A stretch of 64,000 nucleotides of DNA, taken from positions 64,001 to 128,000 of IMG/VR virus record IMGVR_UViG_3300022680_000058; one strand, written 5' to 3'. Both the position numbers and the translations under genes were made by a program. Source of the DNA: a virus. Below the pieces are notes generated by a model, which was given only the letters and a program-made list of their open reading frames with translations, did not search any database and was not told the DNA's origin. Shown here piece after piece: positions 40,541-49,254 of this stretch (positions are counted from its first letter, which is position 1; every line of letters starts with the position of its first letter).

Positions 40541-40875
40541 CTCAAAATCTTTCCGAGCCGAACCCTACTCCTCGTAGCTCCCTCAATGTACCTAACCACA
40601 TCAGGGAGTGTGTCGAGGTGTCGGCTTCGACGCCCAGTCTTCACTTGCGTCGCGACCCAGAACCGCTTCGTGGCATTCGCCGTGTCGCCCTTCTTGAGCT
40701 CGACAAACCACCTGTTGTCGCTGTCCCTGTAGACAGCCCCTCCATTGTGCCGATGGAGAACAATCTCATCTGTCCTAATAGGCTCGACGTACAACTCCTG
40801 GAGCACCTCAAGATCACCACCTTGAAGGCCAACGATCGCCTCGCCGAGCACAAGATTCACAGCATTGATATCCAT
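40537..40875 (-). CDS. Leader-family protein
   Basis: MDINAVNLVLGEAIVGLQGGDLEVLQE. Confidence 0.6.
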   Translation of the reverse strand: MDINAVNLVLGEAIVGLQGGDLEVLQELYVEPIRTDEIVLHRHNGGAVYRDSDNRWFVELKKGDTANATKRFWVATQVKTGRRSRHLDTLPDVVRYIEGATRSRVRLGKILR

Positions 40876-40889
40876 CAAGCGCCTCTTTC

Positions 40890-41399
40890 TCAGAGCTGCT
40901 CAGCAAGGATGTGAAGCTGTGGGAGGTCACCATCTACACCAAGCGTTCCAGTGATCACCTGGAACTGGATCGATGTCACCTCGTTGAGGACCGTGTTCCT
41001 CCCGAAGGCCTTATAGGTCCCGCTCGACGACTCTCGATAGTAGAGGTTGATATCCGAATTCGCGATTGGAGTGTTTGAACCACCACCAACATGGCCAACG
41101 AGCGCCCCGATCTCCCCGAGGGTCCCATCGATCCGAACCGGGGTCGAGAAGTTGGCCATCTCCCACTGGATAGTCCCTGAGCTCCCACTGACGACCGTGA
41201 TCGAGTTGTTCGCCTCACTGACTGTCGCGTCAGTGGAGGACTCGACGTTTTCAGCCGTGAGGCTCACTCTTTCAAGCTTCGGAAGCGCCGAGATTCGAGT
41301 CTTCAGCGCAGACTTGAAAGTGGTATCGAGGTTCGAGTATGCATCGACAGCATCCGACAGGATCTGCTGAAACATTGAAAACGTCGTTTGGATTGCCAT
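40890..41399 (-). CDS. Hypothetical beta-rich protein, possibly structural
   Basis: Ser/Thr/Gly-rich beta-strand composition; start at MAIQTT. Confidence 0.5.
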   Translation of the reverse strand: MAIQTTFSMFQQILSDAVDAYSNLDTTFKSALKTRISALPKLERVSLTAENVESSTDATVSEANNSITVVSGSSGTIQWEMANFSTPVRIDGTLGEIGALVGHVGGGSNTPIANSDINLYYRESSSGTYKAFGRNTVLNEVTSIQFQVITGTLGVDGDLPQLHILAEQL

Positions 41400-41404
41400 G
41401 CTGA

Positions 41405-41863
41405 TCACCTTTCTATTGAGACAGGTCTCGTCTTGTCCGCCCCAGAAGGCATCGACGGCTTCTGCTCTGGTTTGAGTATAACACCTGTCTTGGCGCCAAA
41501 CTTTTTGTTCCACGCCGCGAGAGTCATCGCCCGCCTATACTCATCACCTGGAGCGCCCGTGATCCTCTTCGGTCCGTCTGACTTCACCCGCTTGAACTGT
41601 ACCGGGTAGACCGTCCCGAGCGCCACCTCAATGACCGTGTTCTCGTCTTTCAACGACTCAGCGGCGAGCTCTGTCATTGTGAAGATATCTCGATGGAGAG
41701 CATCCTGTCGCCAGTTCCGCTTTGCCGTCCCGTACCCAATGAGAACAGGCGCCTCTTCCATGCGGAAAATCCACACAGTGAGCTCAGACCCCTTACGCCA
41801 CCTCACAATGACCTCTCCAGGCGCCATCAAAGCTTCGGATAGCCTCTGAGACAAGGAGAGCAT
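41405..41863 (-). CDS. Hypothetical protein with a short LSxxLxEA leader
   Basis: MLSLSQRLSEAL. Confidence 0.55.
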   Translation of the reverse strand: MLSLSQRLSEALMAPGEVIVRWRKGSELTVWIFRMEEAPVLIGYGTAKRNWRQDALHRDIFTMTELAAESLKDENTVIEVALGTVYPVQFKRVKSDGPKRITGAPGDEYRRAMTLAAWNKKFGAKTGVILKPEQKPSMPSGADKTRPVSIER

Positions 41864-42889
41864 CTACGCCGCCAGGAGCCCTTTCAGGGACGCTCTGAGG
41901 GCTTCGAACATCTTGAGCTGTCGCTTGTCGACCTTCTTCTTTGGGACAGCGACACCCGCCGGAACATGTGGGAACTCTCCTCTCTGAAGATACTTTTCCA
42001 TCATGTCAATCCACATCGAGACAGGCCCGAACGCTGGCGACACATAGGCGTTGTACCTATTCATATCGAACTCTCTTCTGACGACAGCCAACAAATCCTG
42101 AAGATCATCACGATCATCACTCTGCATATCCGGCTTCATCACCCGAATGACTGTAGCAAGAGAAGGTTCGTAGTCCTTTCGCTGCAAGGGAGAGTAACTT
42201 CTGTCGCTCGACCCCTTCGCTTCACTCCAAAGCAGCCCCTTCAACAGGGCGATGAACGTGAAAACTCTGGCGTCTGGGATCTGAGGTCCGGTATTCGGTG
42301 ACTTCGGTGCTCTCGGAGGAGGACCAACGATCCGGTCATAGACCGTCGGAGCGCCGCTCTTTCGAGATGCTCTCTTTTTCGGCTCCTTTACCGTCGCCTT
42401 CTTCCCAGGACCGCCGCCCTTCTGCTTCGACACAGCCGCTCTAGCAGCATCGATGAGGTCTCGGATCTTTCTCGCCGCCAGGACATCACCAAACGTGATA
42501 TCCGTTCTCTGCCTTGCCTGATCAAGACGCTTCGCGTGAGCCCTTGCCACCTTGAGCCACTCTCTCAACCTGGAAAGGACTTCTTTCCTGTACTTCGGAA
42601 GCATCTGCTCAGTCTGCTTTGGAAGCTTCTGAAGGAGCTCCCTAACGACACTCGCCTCTGGGGTTCGATTCGGGTCGGTGAGCTTCCCATGACCAGCAAC
42701 AAGAGGCTCCAGAGCACTCTCGATGGGGTCCATGACCTCATCATCCGTCGCCCCGACAGCCATCCCATACTTCCGGTGCATTTGCATCGGAGAGAGAACT
42801 TTGAACCTCTCTGTCAGAGCTTCGATCTCCTCGATCTGAAAAGCCGCGATCGACTGTTCGAGAACCAAATTGACCATCCTGATGTCCAT
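41864..42889 (-). CDS. Leader-family protein
   Basis: MDIRMVNLVLEQSIAAFQIEEIEALTE, then FKVLSPMQMHRK. Confidence 0.65.
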   Translation of the reverse strand: MDIRMVNLVLEQSIAAFQIEEIEALTERFKVLSPMQMHRKYGMAVGATDDEVMDPIESALEPLVAGHGKLTDPNRTPEASVVRELLQKLPKQTEQMLPKYRKEVLSRLREWLKVARAHAKRLDQARQRTDITFGDVLAARKIRDLIDAARAAVSKQKGGGPGKKATVKEPKKRASRKSGAPTVYDRIVGPPPRAPKSPNTGPQIPDARVFTFIALLKGLLWSEAKGSSDRSYSPLQRKDYEPSLATVIRVMKPDMQSDDRDDLQDLLAVVRREFDMNRYNAYVSPAFGPVSMWIDMMEKYLQRGEFPHVPAGVAVPKKKVDKRQLKMFEALRASLKGLLAA

Positions 42890-42924
42890 CCTACACCTGC
42901 CCTCCGAAAACCAACGTACCACAA

Positions 42925-44877
42925 TCATCGATGGGCAGGACGCCCCACCGACATCTTCCCTGGGTCCCTGACAAATCCTGTGTCCCAATCTTGAGCCCCT
43001 GGATGGAGCGGAATCCCCTTCAATGAGTCACCATCATCAGACACCAATGACCCATCGAGTAGCTGTCTCGCCTTCCACATGGGAATGATCTTGATGGATT
43101 TCACAGAAATTTCTTTCTTATGCCACAAGACTTCTTCCGGATACGCCCTGTCTGGGAATTCACTCGTTGTGAACAAGACTGCCACGTCACGCTTCTTGGC
43201 CCTTCCCAGCGGAGAATTCTGAACCGAGGGAACATACACCCCTCCAACAGCTACGGCATAGACCGCTGGCGCCGCATATTCGGACTGCCAGACCTTCTTC
43301 TTGTCCACCATCCCGAGTGCACCCTTCGAGTCAGTGAAGTGGATATACTGAAGCTTCGACGCTCTCATACGACCAGTCTTCGCCTCTCGCTCCGAGAGCA
43401 ACGCTTCAACGAGCTGCGACGACAAGCCTGGTTTCTCTACACCTTCAAGCTTGATCGTCGGGAAAAGAAGCTTGAGCATCCCCTTGATTTCTGGAAGCAA
43501 CGTCCTCGGACCAAACCCCACAAGGTTACCCAAGACCTCACAGAACGCTTCCTCCTCATTTGTCGCTGCATACCCACTGATCGGAAGTGCTGCCACAGAG
43601 ATCCAAGGCGTACCACCGGCATTCAAATACTCTCGAATCGCCGTGATATTTCCCAGCTCATCAACACGCCTTGGATACCTGTAACGAAGTGTCCGAAGTC
43701 TAAGGTATGTGACAGGGTCCTCTTTTTCGAGCCGCTTCTCGAACTCTGAGTCTGTCTCGCCGATCTTCACTCTTCCAACGAGCTCTTTCAGATCGAGGTC
43801 AACCTTCTTTCTCAAGAACTCCCGCCACCTCATTTTCATCTTCTGAGAGAAAAATGTATTGTAGATGTGGTGTCCCATCTCATGGGCGAGATACTGAGCA
43901 GTCTGATCCGCGCTCTTATCCATCCCCCAAAAAGTCACAAGGACATGATCCCCCTCATACGTCGCTGCATAAAATCTTCCAGCCTCATCAGATGACGAAA
44001 AGTCCAACTTGAATGGGATTTTGTATCTCAAAAGCCACGGGAACACCCTTTGAGCTCTCTTTTTGTAAAGAGCAAGACCACGCTCGAACCTTCCCATAAG
44101 TTCCCTCTTGTGAGAGTCATTATGGTCATACCCAACGAGCTGCAACGAGAACCCGTCCTTACTGATATTCTGCGGCGCTTTCTCCTCAGGATGCTTGATC
44201 GGGAGCACCTCCCCACCGCCACCGTAGAGACTCGTGCTCTCAGTCCATTCAATAAACTCCTTCAGCCACTTCCATGCCGCCCGAGAACGCCTCTCAGCCT
44301 GTCCCTGCCACTTCTTCCTTCCCCTCTGGAAATCGTAATACTGCCCACTTTTTTCCGGCGTCACGCTTGTCCCACGGTACTTGTGCTGAGCCAGCTCCAA
44401 CCTTTCGAGTGGAAATGTGTTAAGTACGAAATTGAAATCCCACAGCGGCTTTTGGTCATCACGATAGTGACGCCCCCACAGCTCATTCGTTTTTCGCTTC
44501 CACACTTCAAGCCGAGCCTCGCTCCTCATCATCTGATCAATCATCGGCTTGATCTGTTTGATAATGCTGAGATAGTGATCCCTCCAACGATTCACCCCCT
44601 CGCTGACCTTCAAAGCGTCATCATAATTCTTGATGTTCCTGTAGCTCCTCATGATGGTGAGAAACTCTTTTCGGAGACGCTTGACCACGAACTCAGTCAA
44701 CCCTCCGCTATGACCAGCAACTTTTGACGCGAGCCCCGCTGGAGAAAGGACATGGTAAGTCTTCCCAGCATAACCAGTCAGTGCCGCCTCGATGAGCGAT
44801 TCGAGTTCACCATGCTGTAAAACATCTATGGCCTCAATGAGCTCAAAGTTTCTTTGCCTGAGTTCCTCGATAACCAT
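42925..44877 (-). CDS. Leader-family protein with a zincin metallopeptidase and a C-terminal ADP-ribosyltransferase-like domain
   Basis: HEMGH...SGYAATNEEEAFCE; C-terminal YIHFT..S..VY..EE. Confidence 0.65.
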   Translation of the reverse strand: MVIEELRQRNFELIEAIDVLQHGELESLIEAALTGYAGKTYHVLSPAGLASKVAGHSGGLTEFVVKRLRKEFLTIMRSYRNIKNYDDALKVSEGVNRWRDHYLSIIKQIKPMIDQMMRSEARLEVWKRKTNELWGRHYRDDQKPLWDFNFVLNTFPLERLELAQHKYRGTSVTPEKSGQYYDFQRGRKKWQGQAERRSRAAWKWLKEFIEWTESTSLYGGGGEVLPIKHPEEKAPQNISKDGFSLQLVGYDHNDSHKRELMGRFERGLALYKKRAQRVFPWLLRYKIPFKLDFSSSDEAGRFYAATYEGDHVLVTFWGMDKSADQTAQYLAHEMGHHIYNTFFSQKMKMRWREFLRKKVDLDLKELVGRVKIGETDSEFEKRLEKEDPVTYLRLRTLRYRYPRRVDELGNITAIREYLNAGGTPWISVAALPISGYAATNEEEAFCEVLGNLVGFGPRTLLPEIKGMLKLLFPTIKLEGVEKPGLSSQLVEALLSEREAKTGRMRASKLQYIHFTDSKGALGMVDKKKVWQSEYAAPAVYAVAVGGVYVPSVQNSPLGRAKKRDVAVLFTTSEFPDRAYPEEVLWHKKEISVKSIKIIPMWKARQLLDGSLVSDDGDSLKGIPLHPGAQDWDTGFVRDPGKMSVGRPAHR

Positions 44878-44878
44878 C

Positions 44879-46318
44879 CTACGCCTCCCTCAACGCACCA
44901 ATGAGCTGATCAGACAGCGACTCCAATCGCCGCTTCTTCCCCATAAACTGCTCGAACCGCTGCCTCTGCTCACGATTGAGCTTGATCCTACTGAACTGCT
45001 GCCCCACATACCCGCTAAAGAGCTCTGCGAACTCCTCTGCATCATCAGTTCCACCGTATTTCGACGGGAACTTCACCTTCCCAAACCACTCCTTGAATCG
45101 ACCACGATCATCATGGCTCATGAACTTGAACCAATACCTATGGCCCAATTCATGAATAATAATGTCGGCATCCGTATCATTGCTGTAGATGTCCACGCCA
45201 TCAAGAACACGAGAATACGCCGCTGCTGCCTTTATGGACGTTTTGAAAACAGCCTCATACGATCCAGGCGGAAGCTTGATGAAATCCCCATACCACAGAC
45301 GCGATAGACCTCGACGCCTCAAAAGCGCCTCAACCTTCCTGAGTTCAGAAACAAGCTTGTTCCTGTGTGTCGGTGACATCCCCTTGGTGCTTGCCAGGAA
45401 AGCACGATCGAATCTCTTCGCCTCACCACCAGAGACCCTCATCTGACTTGTCATCTTCTCTTTGCGAGGGTCCTGAGCAATATCCTTGAACACCAGGTTC
45501 ACACGACCAATATGGACAACATCCTCAACGGGGACGCCAGGGCGGGTCCCATGCTCTGATGGAGCATATCTCCCACCAGTATCACCCTTAGCTTTCACGA
45601 GCCTTGAAAGCGACCTCAGGAGCCGCCCAGAGATAGCCTTCGTAGCCTCCTCAACCCCTTCATCGGCCTTCGCAGGGATACTCCTCAACATCCTGGCATA
45701 TTCATCCACAGACCTGAACGTGTTGTAGAACACCGGCTCCCCAGAGAATGAAAACTGCCCCTCAGGATGAGACTCGTTCTTGTAGAACGTGATCGCCCCG
45801 ATCGCGTCCTTGATCGCCTCCTCAGCCTTCTCGATCTCCTCCACAGTCTTCTTCACTGGCCCAAACTTCTCTTTTCGGTCCTCGTCCGCTTCCTTCTCAA
45901 TTTTGACGAGCATGTCATGCATCTTTGGGTCTTCAGACTTCAGCTTTTTCTTGTAAGCTGGAGTCATCCCCGAGACCTTTCGGAAAGCCTCACGGCTCCA
46001 GAGACCCTTCGTCCAATACAGATCCGTCTTGAGCTGCTCGATGGCATTCTTGACCGAGGTCAGATACTCGATAGCATCGTCGGCAGCCTTGGCGTACTCA
46101 TCCCATGTCCCGACCTCCTTGACATCCTTTGGCGGTCTCCCTGGGTAATCCTTGACCTTGTCGGCGATACCCTTCCACCACTTCCGAATCCCAGAGATCC
46201 ACTCATCGTCAATCTCATGTCTCTTCCTTGGATTTACCCTGCGATGCATTTGTTGTGGGGTAGGGACCTTGTACGAGCCCGCCATCGCCGCTTCGAGCAA
46301 AACATCGGAAAGTCTCAT
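44879..46318 (-). CDS. Putative virion protein with a C-terminal zincin metallopeptidase
   Basis: MRLSDVLLEAA..YKVPTPQQMHRR; HELGH...SKYGGTDDAEEFAELF. Confidence 0.65.
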   Translation of the reverse strand: MRLSDVLLEAAMAGSYKVPTPQQMHRRVNPRKRHEIDDEWISGIRKWWKGIADKVKDYPGRPPKDVKEVGTWDEYAKAADDAIEYLTSVKNAIEQLKTDLYWTKGLWSREAFRKVSGMTPAYKKKLKSEDPKMHDMLVKIEKEADEDRKEKFGPVKKTVEEIEKAEEAIKDAIGAITFYKNESHPEGQFSFSGEPVFYNTFRSVDEYARMLRSIPAKADEGVEEATKAISGRLLRSLSRLVKAKGDTGGRYAPSEHGTRPGVPVEDVVHIGRVNLVFKDIAQDPRKEKMTSQMRVSGGEAKRFDRAFLASTKGMSPTHRNKLVSELRKVEALLRRRGLSRLWYGDFIKLPPGSYEAVFKTSIKAAAAYSRVLDGVDIYSNDTDADIIIHELGHRYWFKFMSHDDRGRFKEWFGKVKFPSKYGGTDDAEEFAELFSGYVGQQFSRIKLNREQRQRFEQFMGKKRRLESLSDQLIGALREA

Positions 46319-46423
46319 CGAGCACACCTCGCCCATCCTCCCGAGTATACACCGCCACTCGGATAGAGCCTATCCGTCTGATTTGATTGGGTCTCAGAAT
46401 GGGCAATTGATTGCCCACTCCAG

Positions 46424-46460
46424 AAAGAGAAAGGGCCACCATAGTCTCACCATGGCAGCC
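46424..46460 (-). terminator. Terminator after tmRNA
   Basis: GGCTGCCATGG-TGAGA-CTATGGTGGCC followed by CTTTCTCTTT. Confidence 0.65.
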
Positions 46461-46478
46461 CTAACGTATTGAAAACAT

Positions 46479-46844
46479 TGGAGGCGGTCAGAGTCGAACT
46501 GACGTCCACACCCCCTCTGCTCGTGAGCTCTACGTGCGTATCTCCTGATCAATCTCGGCGTCATCGAGTTCAGGAGCAAACTCTCTGAGCCAGTCGTGCG
46601 AGATGTCAGCCGCGCAGGTTACAGAATGAGTCACACACGAGACACTCACTCACTACGCGCCGCTAATGGCGCCCCTTGTTCCCATAGCAGCAGTCTGGGA
46701 GGGACGTGAGATTACGCCGCCAGGCTCATCTCAGGATAGCTGTCAGTGTTGGCAACTGGTTGTTCGTCCTGTTTGACGCACAAGGACGATCCTCGGCACG
46801 CTCACACAAACGTCATGGGATCTGTCGAAACCTTTTTCGCCCCC
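46479..46844 (-). ncRNA. ssrA: tmRNA, tag ANTDSYPEMSLAA* (46712-46753)
   Basis: 5' GGGGGCGAAAAAGGTTTCGAC; acceptor GGGGGCG/CGCCTCC-A with G3-U70; T-arm GTCAG-TTCGACT-CTGAC; tag ends LAA-stop; CCA not encoded. Confidence 0.95.
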
Positions 46845-46869
46845 TCAAGTCAAAGTGTCTTTGGTGAGC

Positions 46870-47718
46870 TCAGCCACCTTCTTCGATGTCCTCGATGATT
46901 CCGGCGAGACCCTTGATCGCCTTGGCCTCGGAATCTCCGATCGCCCAGAGCACACCCTTGATGAATCCGTCTCCGAGAACTTTCGCTGTCTTCGGGTTCT
47001 CGATGACCTTCCGGGCGAGTGACTTCTTCGGGGCGAGCACGACAGGACTCTCCGTCGTACCCTTCTGCCCCTTCGCATCTCGAACCGTCGTTTTCCCCGT
47101 CTCCAGCATATTCTCCAGAGCAGCCTTCTGCTCTTCCGGAGAGAGGTCGGCGAGTTCCACAGCCGCACTCATCGAGATCTTCCCAGCCTCGACAGCGTTT
47201 TTGACCTCGGGAATGCAGTCCAAAACCTTCAGCCAGTTGGCGATGGCCGTAGCAGAGACACCGAAGATGACGCCGACCTCGGCGTTGTTCTTCCCCCTCT
47301 GCTTATACCGCTCGGCCTTTTCCGCCTTGGCGATCGGGTCATCATCGACGCGGTGCTCGTTCTCACTCAGAAAGATCCCCATGATGTGCTCATCACTTCC
47401 ACGTTTGAGCATGGCAGGGACCTCGATGGGCTGCTCTCCCATCGACAAGAGCTTCTCATTCGCCTTTCTGGCTGCGACCACACGACGTCGACCGGCGACC
47501 ACGAGAGCCCTGTCCCCATCCTTCCGGATCGCGATGGGCTGGATGATACCGTTGACCATGATGTTCTTGACCATCTCCGGAGAAATCGGCTTCTTGAGCC
47601 GCTTCATGTCGTAGAGGTCATGCTCCGGACCATCGTCTGTATCGAGACCAATAATCACAAGGTCTTTTGGATCAAACGAGTACGCCGTCACCCGCTTCTC
47701 GAAGGCGTGCTTCCCCAT
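46870..47718 (-). CDS. ParB/Spo0J-family protein
   Basis: GIIQPI, VAGRRR (GxxRxxA), SENEHR and HTH; start at MGKHAF. Confidence 0.88.
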   Translation of the reverse strand: MGKHAFEKRVTAYSFDPKDLVIIGLDTDDGPEHDLYDMKRLKKPISPEMVKNIMVNGIIQPIAIRKDGDRALVVAGRRRVVAARKANEKLLSMGEQPIEVPAMLKRGSDEHIMGIFLSENEHRVDDDPIAKAEKAERYKQRGKNNAEVGVIFGVSATAIANWLKVLDCIPEVKNAVEAGKISMSAAVELADLSPEEQKAALENMLETGKTTVRDAKGQKGTTESPVVLAPKKSLARKVIENPKTAKVLGDGFIKGVLWAIGDSEAKAIKGLAGIIEDIEEGG

Positions 47719-47741
47719 ATCTCCATCTCCGTCTTTCTTGC

Positions 47742-47897
47742 TCACCCTGGAACTCCAATCAGAGCTGCGAGGAAACCAATGGTTCCTCCGATATACCAAG
47801 GGGCCATGATGACAGCGAGCAATATCGCACCAGCAACGATGTTCAACCCCTCGGCAATCATCCTGACCAGCGACTCAACCATCTTTGCCCACGTCAT
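47742..47897 (-). CDS. Small hydrophobic membrane protein (51 aa)
   Basis: Hand translation MTWAKMVESLVRMIAEGLNIVAGAILLAVIMAPWYIGGTIGFLAALIGVPG, with a GGAG RBS. Confidence 0.5.
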   Translation of the reverse strand: MTWAKMVESLVRMIAEGLNIVAGAILLAVIMAPWYIGGTIGFLAALIGVPG

Positions 47898-47929
47898 GGA
47901 CCATCTCCAGAATCAAATCAAGCACTGTG

Positions 47930-48060
47930 TCGCGATGACAAAGTGTACACCACACCGCCGGGTAAGGCGGCGACAGGCGGACAAACCTGCTCCTCTGGGG
48001 TTTCAATCCAGCGTGCGTTCTGGGGTGGCAGCCCCAATGTCCGATCACTTGTCATCACGA
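47930..48060 (-). ncRNA. Closed-stem multi-hairpin RNA (array element)
   Basis: Terminal stem TCGTGATGACAAGTG/CACTTTGTCATCGCGA (G-U pair on the minus strand) encloses four hairpins. Confidence 0.55.
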
Positions 48061-48092
48061 GCGCCCCTCTGCCAAGGGAACGACACACAATG

Positions 48093-48230
48093 CGGTAGGG
48101 TAGGCTGGACTCGAACCAGCTAGTGACACGGAGACACTCTTTTTTGAGTATCAGAATGGCGACGAAATCAAAACGACCCATTCCGACTAGCAACTTCCGT
48201 ATCGCCACGCTCCCTGTGAGCTCTCACCCC
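48093..48230 (-). ncRNA. tRNA-like RNA with an enlarged domain in place of the anticodon loop
   Basis: Imperfect acceptor GGGGTGA/CTACCCT-A-CCG, D-arm GCTC-ACAGG-GAGC, T-arm GCTGG-TTCGAGT-CCAGC; 138 nt. Confidence 0.7.
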
Positions 48231-48235
48231 AAAAA

Positions 48236-48377
48236 GGAAGTCTAGCCTTTCTCCTCAACTAAAAGCACAACACTTCAAAGTGCTATGAATCGCCTAATTA
48301 GGGCGGTCTAGTCTCGATCCTGGCACACGTAGTCCAAAAGTCCCTTGCAGCAACAGGGCGGTACTGGGCTGACTTCC
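48236..48377 (-). ncRNA. Closed-stem RNA bracketed by two tRNA-like elements
   Basis: GGAAGTCAGCC...GGCTAGACTTCC terminal stem with internal hairpins. Confidence 0.55.
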
Positions 48378-48530
48378 TGGTGACGATGGCTGGACTCGAA
48401 CCAGCGCCTCCCCTCGATACTTCCAGGGCTACCTTCCTCTACAAGGTTTCGGTCTCCTAATCCCTTGCAGGCGGGTCATCGCTCAATATGGAGGTACCAA
48501 TTCCACGAGCCCCGCTTAGTACACATCGTC
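48378..48530 (-). ncRNA. tRNA-like RNA with encoded CCA and an enlarged anticodon domain
   Basis: Perfect acceptor GACGATG/CATCGTC-A-CCA and T-arm GCTGG-TTCGAGT-CCAGC; 153 nt. Confidence 0.75.
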
Positions 48531-49065
48531 AATTCGCGCTTGCTTTTCTTGACAACCAATCCGGACAAGGCGAGATGCTGGGCTTCCAGCATCGAACCTC
48601 GAAAAATTGTCCCTGGCGATTCGCCAGACGCCAAGCGCCACCTCACTCTCAAGTCTGTCCGGCCAGATTCCTCCACCTGGCTCCAGTTTCAGTCCGCACA
48701 ATGCGGAAACCGTCGCACCATCGAGCTCAACCACCACCCGACAGCACAGACCTTTCTAGGCCCACTCCAACCAGGGCACCACACGCCCTCGGACAGCTTC
48801 AGTGGAAAGTCGAGGACCCGCCCCTCGATGAGACCTGACGCGCCCATTACAACGTCCGTCTCTTCCCAGCCGGGAGACAGAGACCAAAGAAAAGTCCCGA
48901 GGCCATGCCAGATGGTTTTTCTTTCATAACACCTGGGCGACCAGTCTCCCTTATCGAGTTCTTCCGCATTGATCGAGGGTGGTCGACTCAAACCTCACAC
49001 GGCGACTGCACCGTATGGGTGGCGCCCATGATTGACACGCCTCGCCTCCACGAATGCTTAGAACC

Positions 49066-49154
49066 CGGTGGGAAGCCGGGGAATCGAACCCCAAGGCCCA
49101 GTGAAAACGACGTGAAGCAACCCGTGTAAGCTTCTATCATTTATGCCGCTTCCC
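49066..49154 (-). ncRNA. tRNA-like RNA without a recognisable D or anticodon stem
   Basis: Perfect acceptor GGGAAGC/GCTTCCC-A-CCG and T-arm TGGGG-TTCGATT-CCCCG. Confidence 0.65.
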
Positions 49155-49254
49155 ATGGCGCGAACAAAACAAGAGTACATGGACTCTTTATCGGAACTCT
49201 GCCCTGACCGACATGAAAGGAGAGCATTCACTCTCATCTGTCCGCGTCCCACCT

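Noticed and set aside
48800-49070. RNase P RNA on the plus strand (GGAAAGTC and AGAACCCGG fragments)
   Set aside because: The matches are partial and on the strand opposite the promoter and tRNA-like elements; cmscan is needed to exclude it formally.
48093-49154. tRNA 3' halves as attP or attachment-site remnants
   Set aside because: Each 3' half has a complementary 5' acceptor strand upstream, and no integrase is in the window.
49066-49154. Canonical tRNA-Val (CTTACAC loop) or tRNA-Sec (TCA)
   Set aside because: The flanks of either candidate loop do not form an anticodon stem, so no anticodon is assigned.
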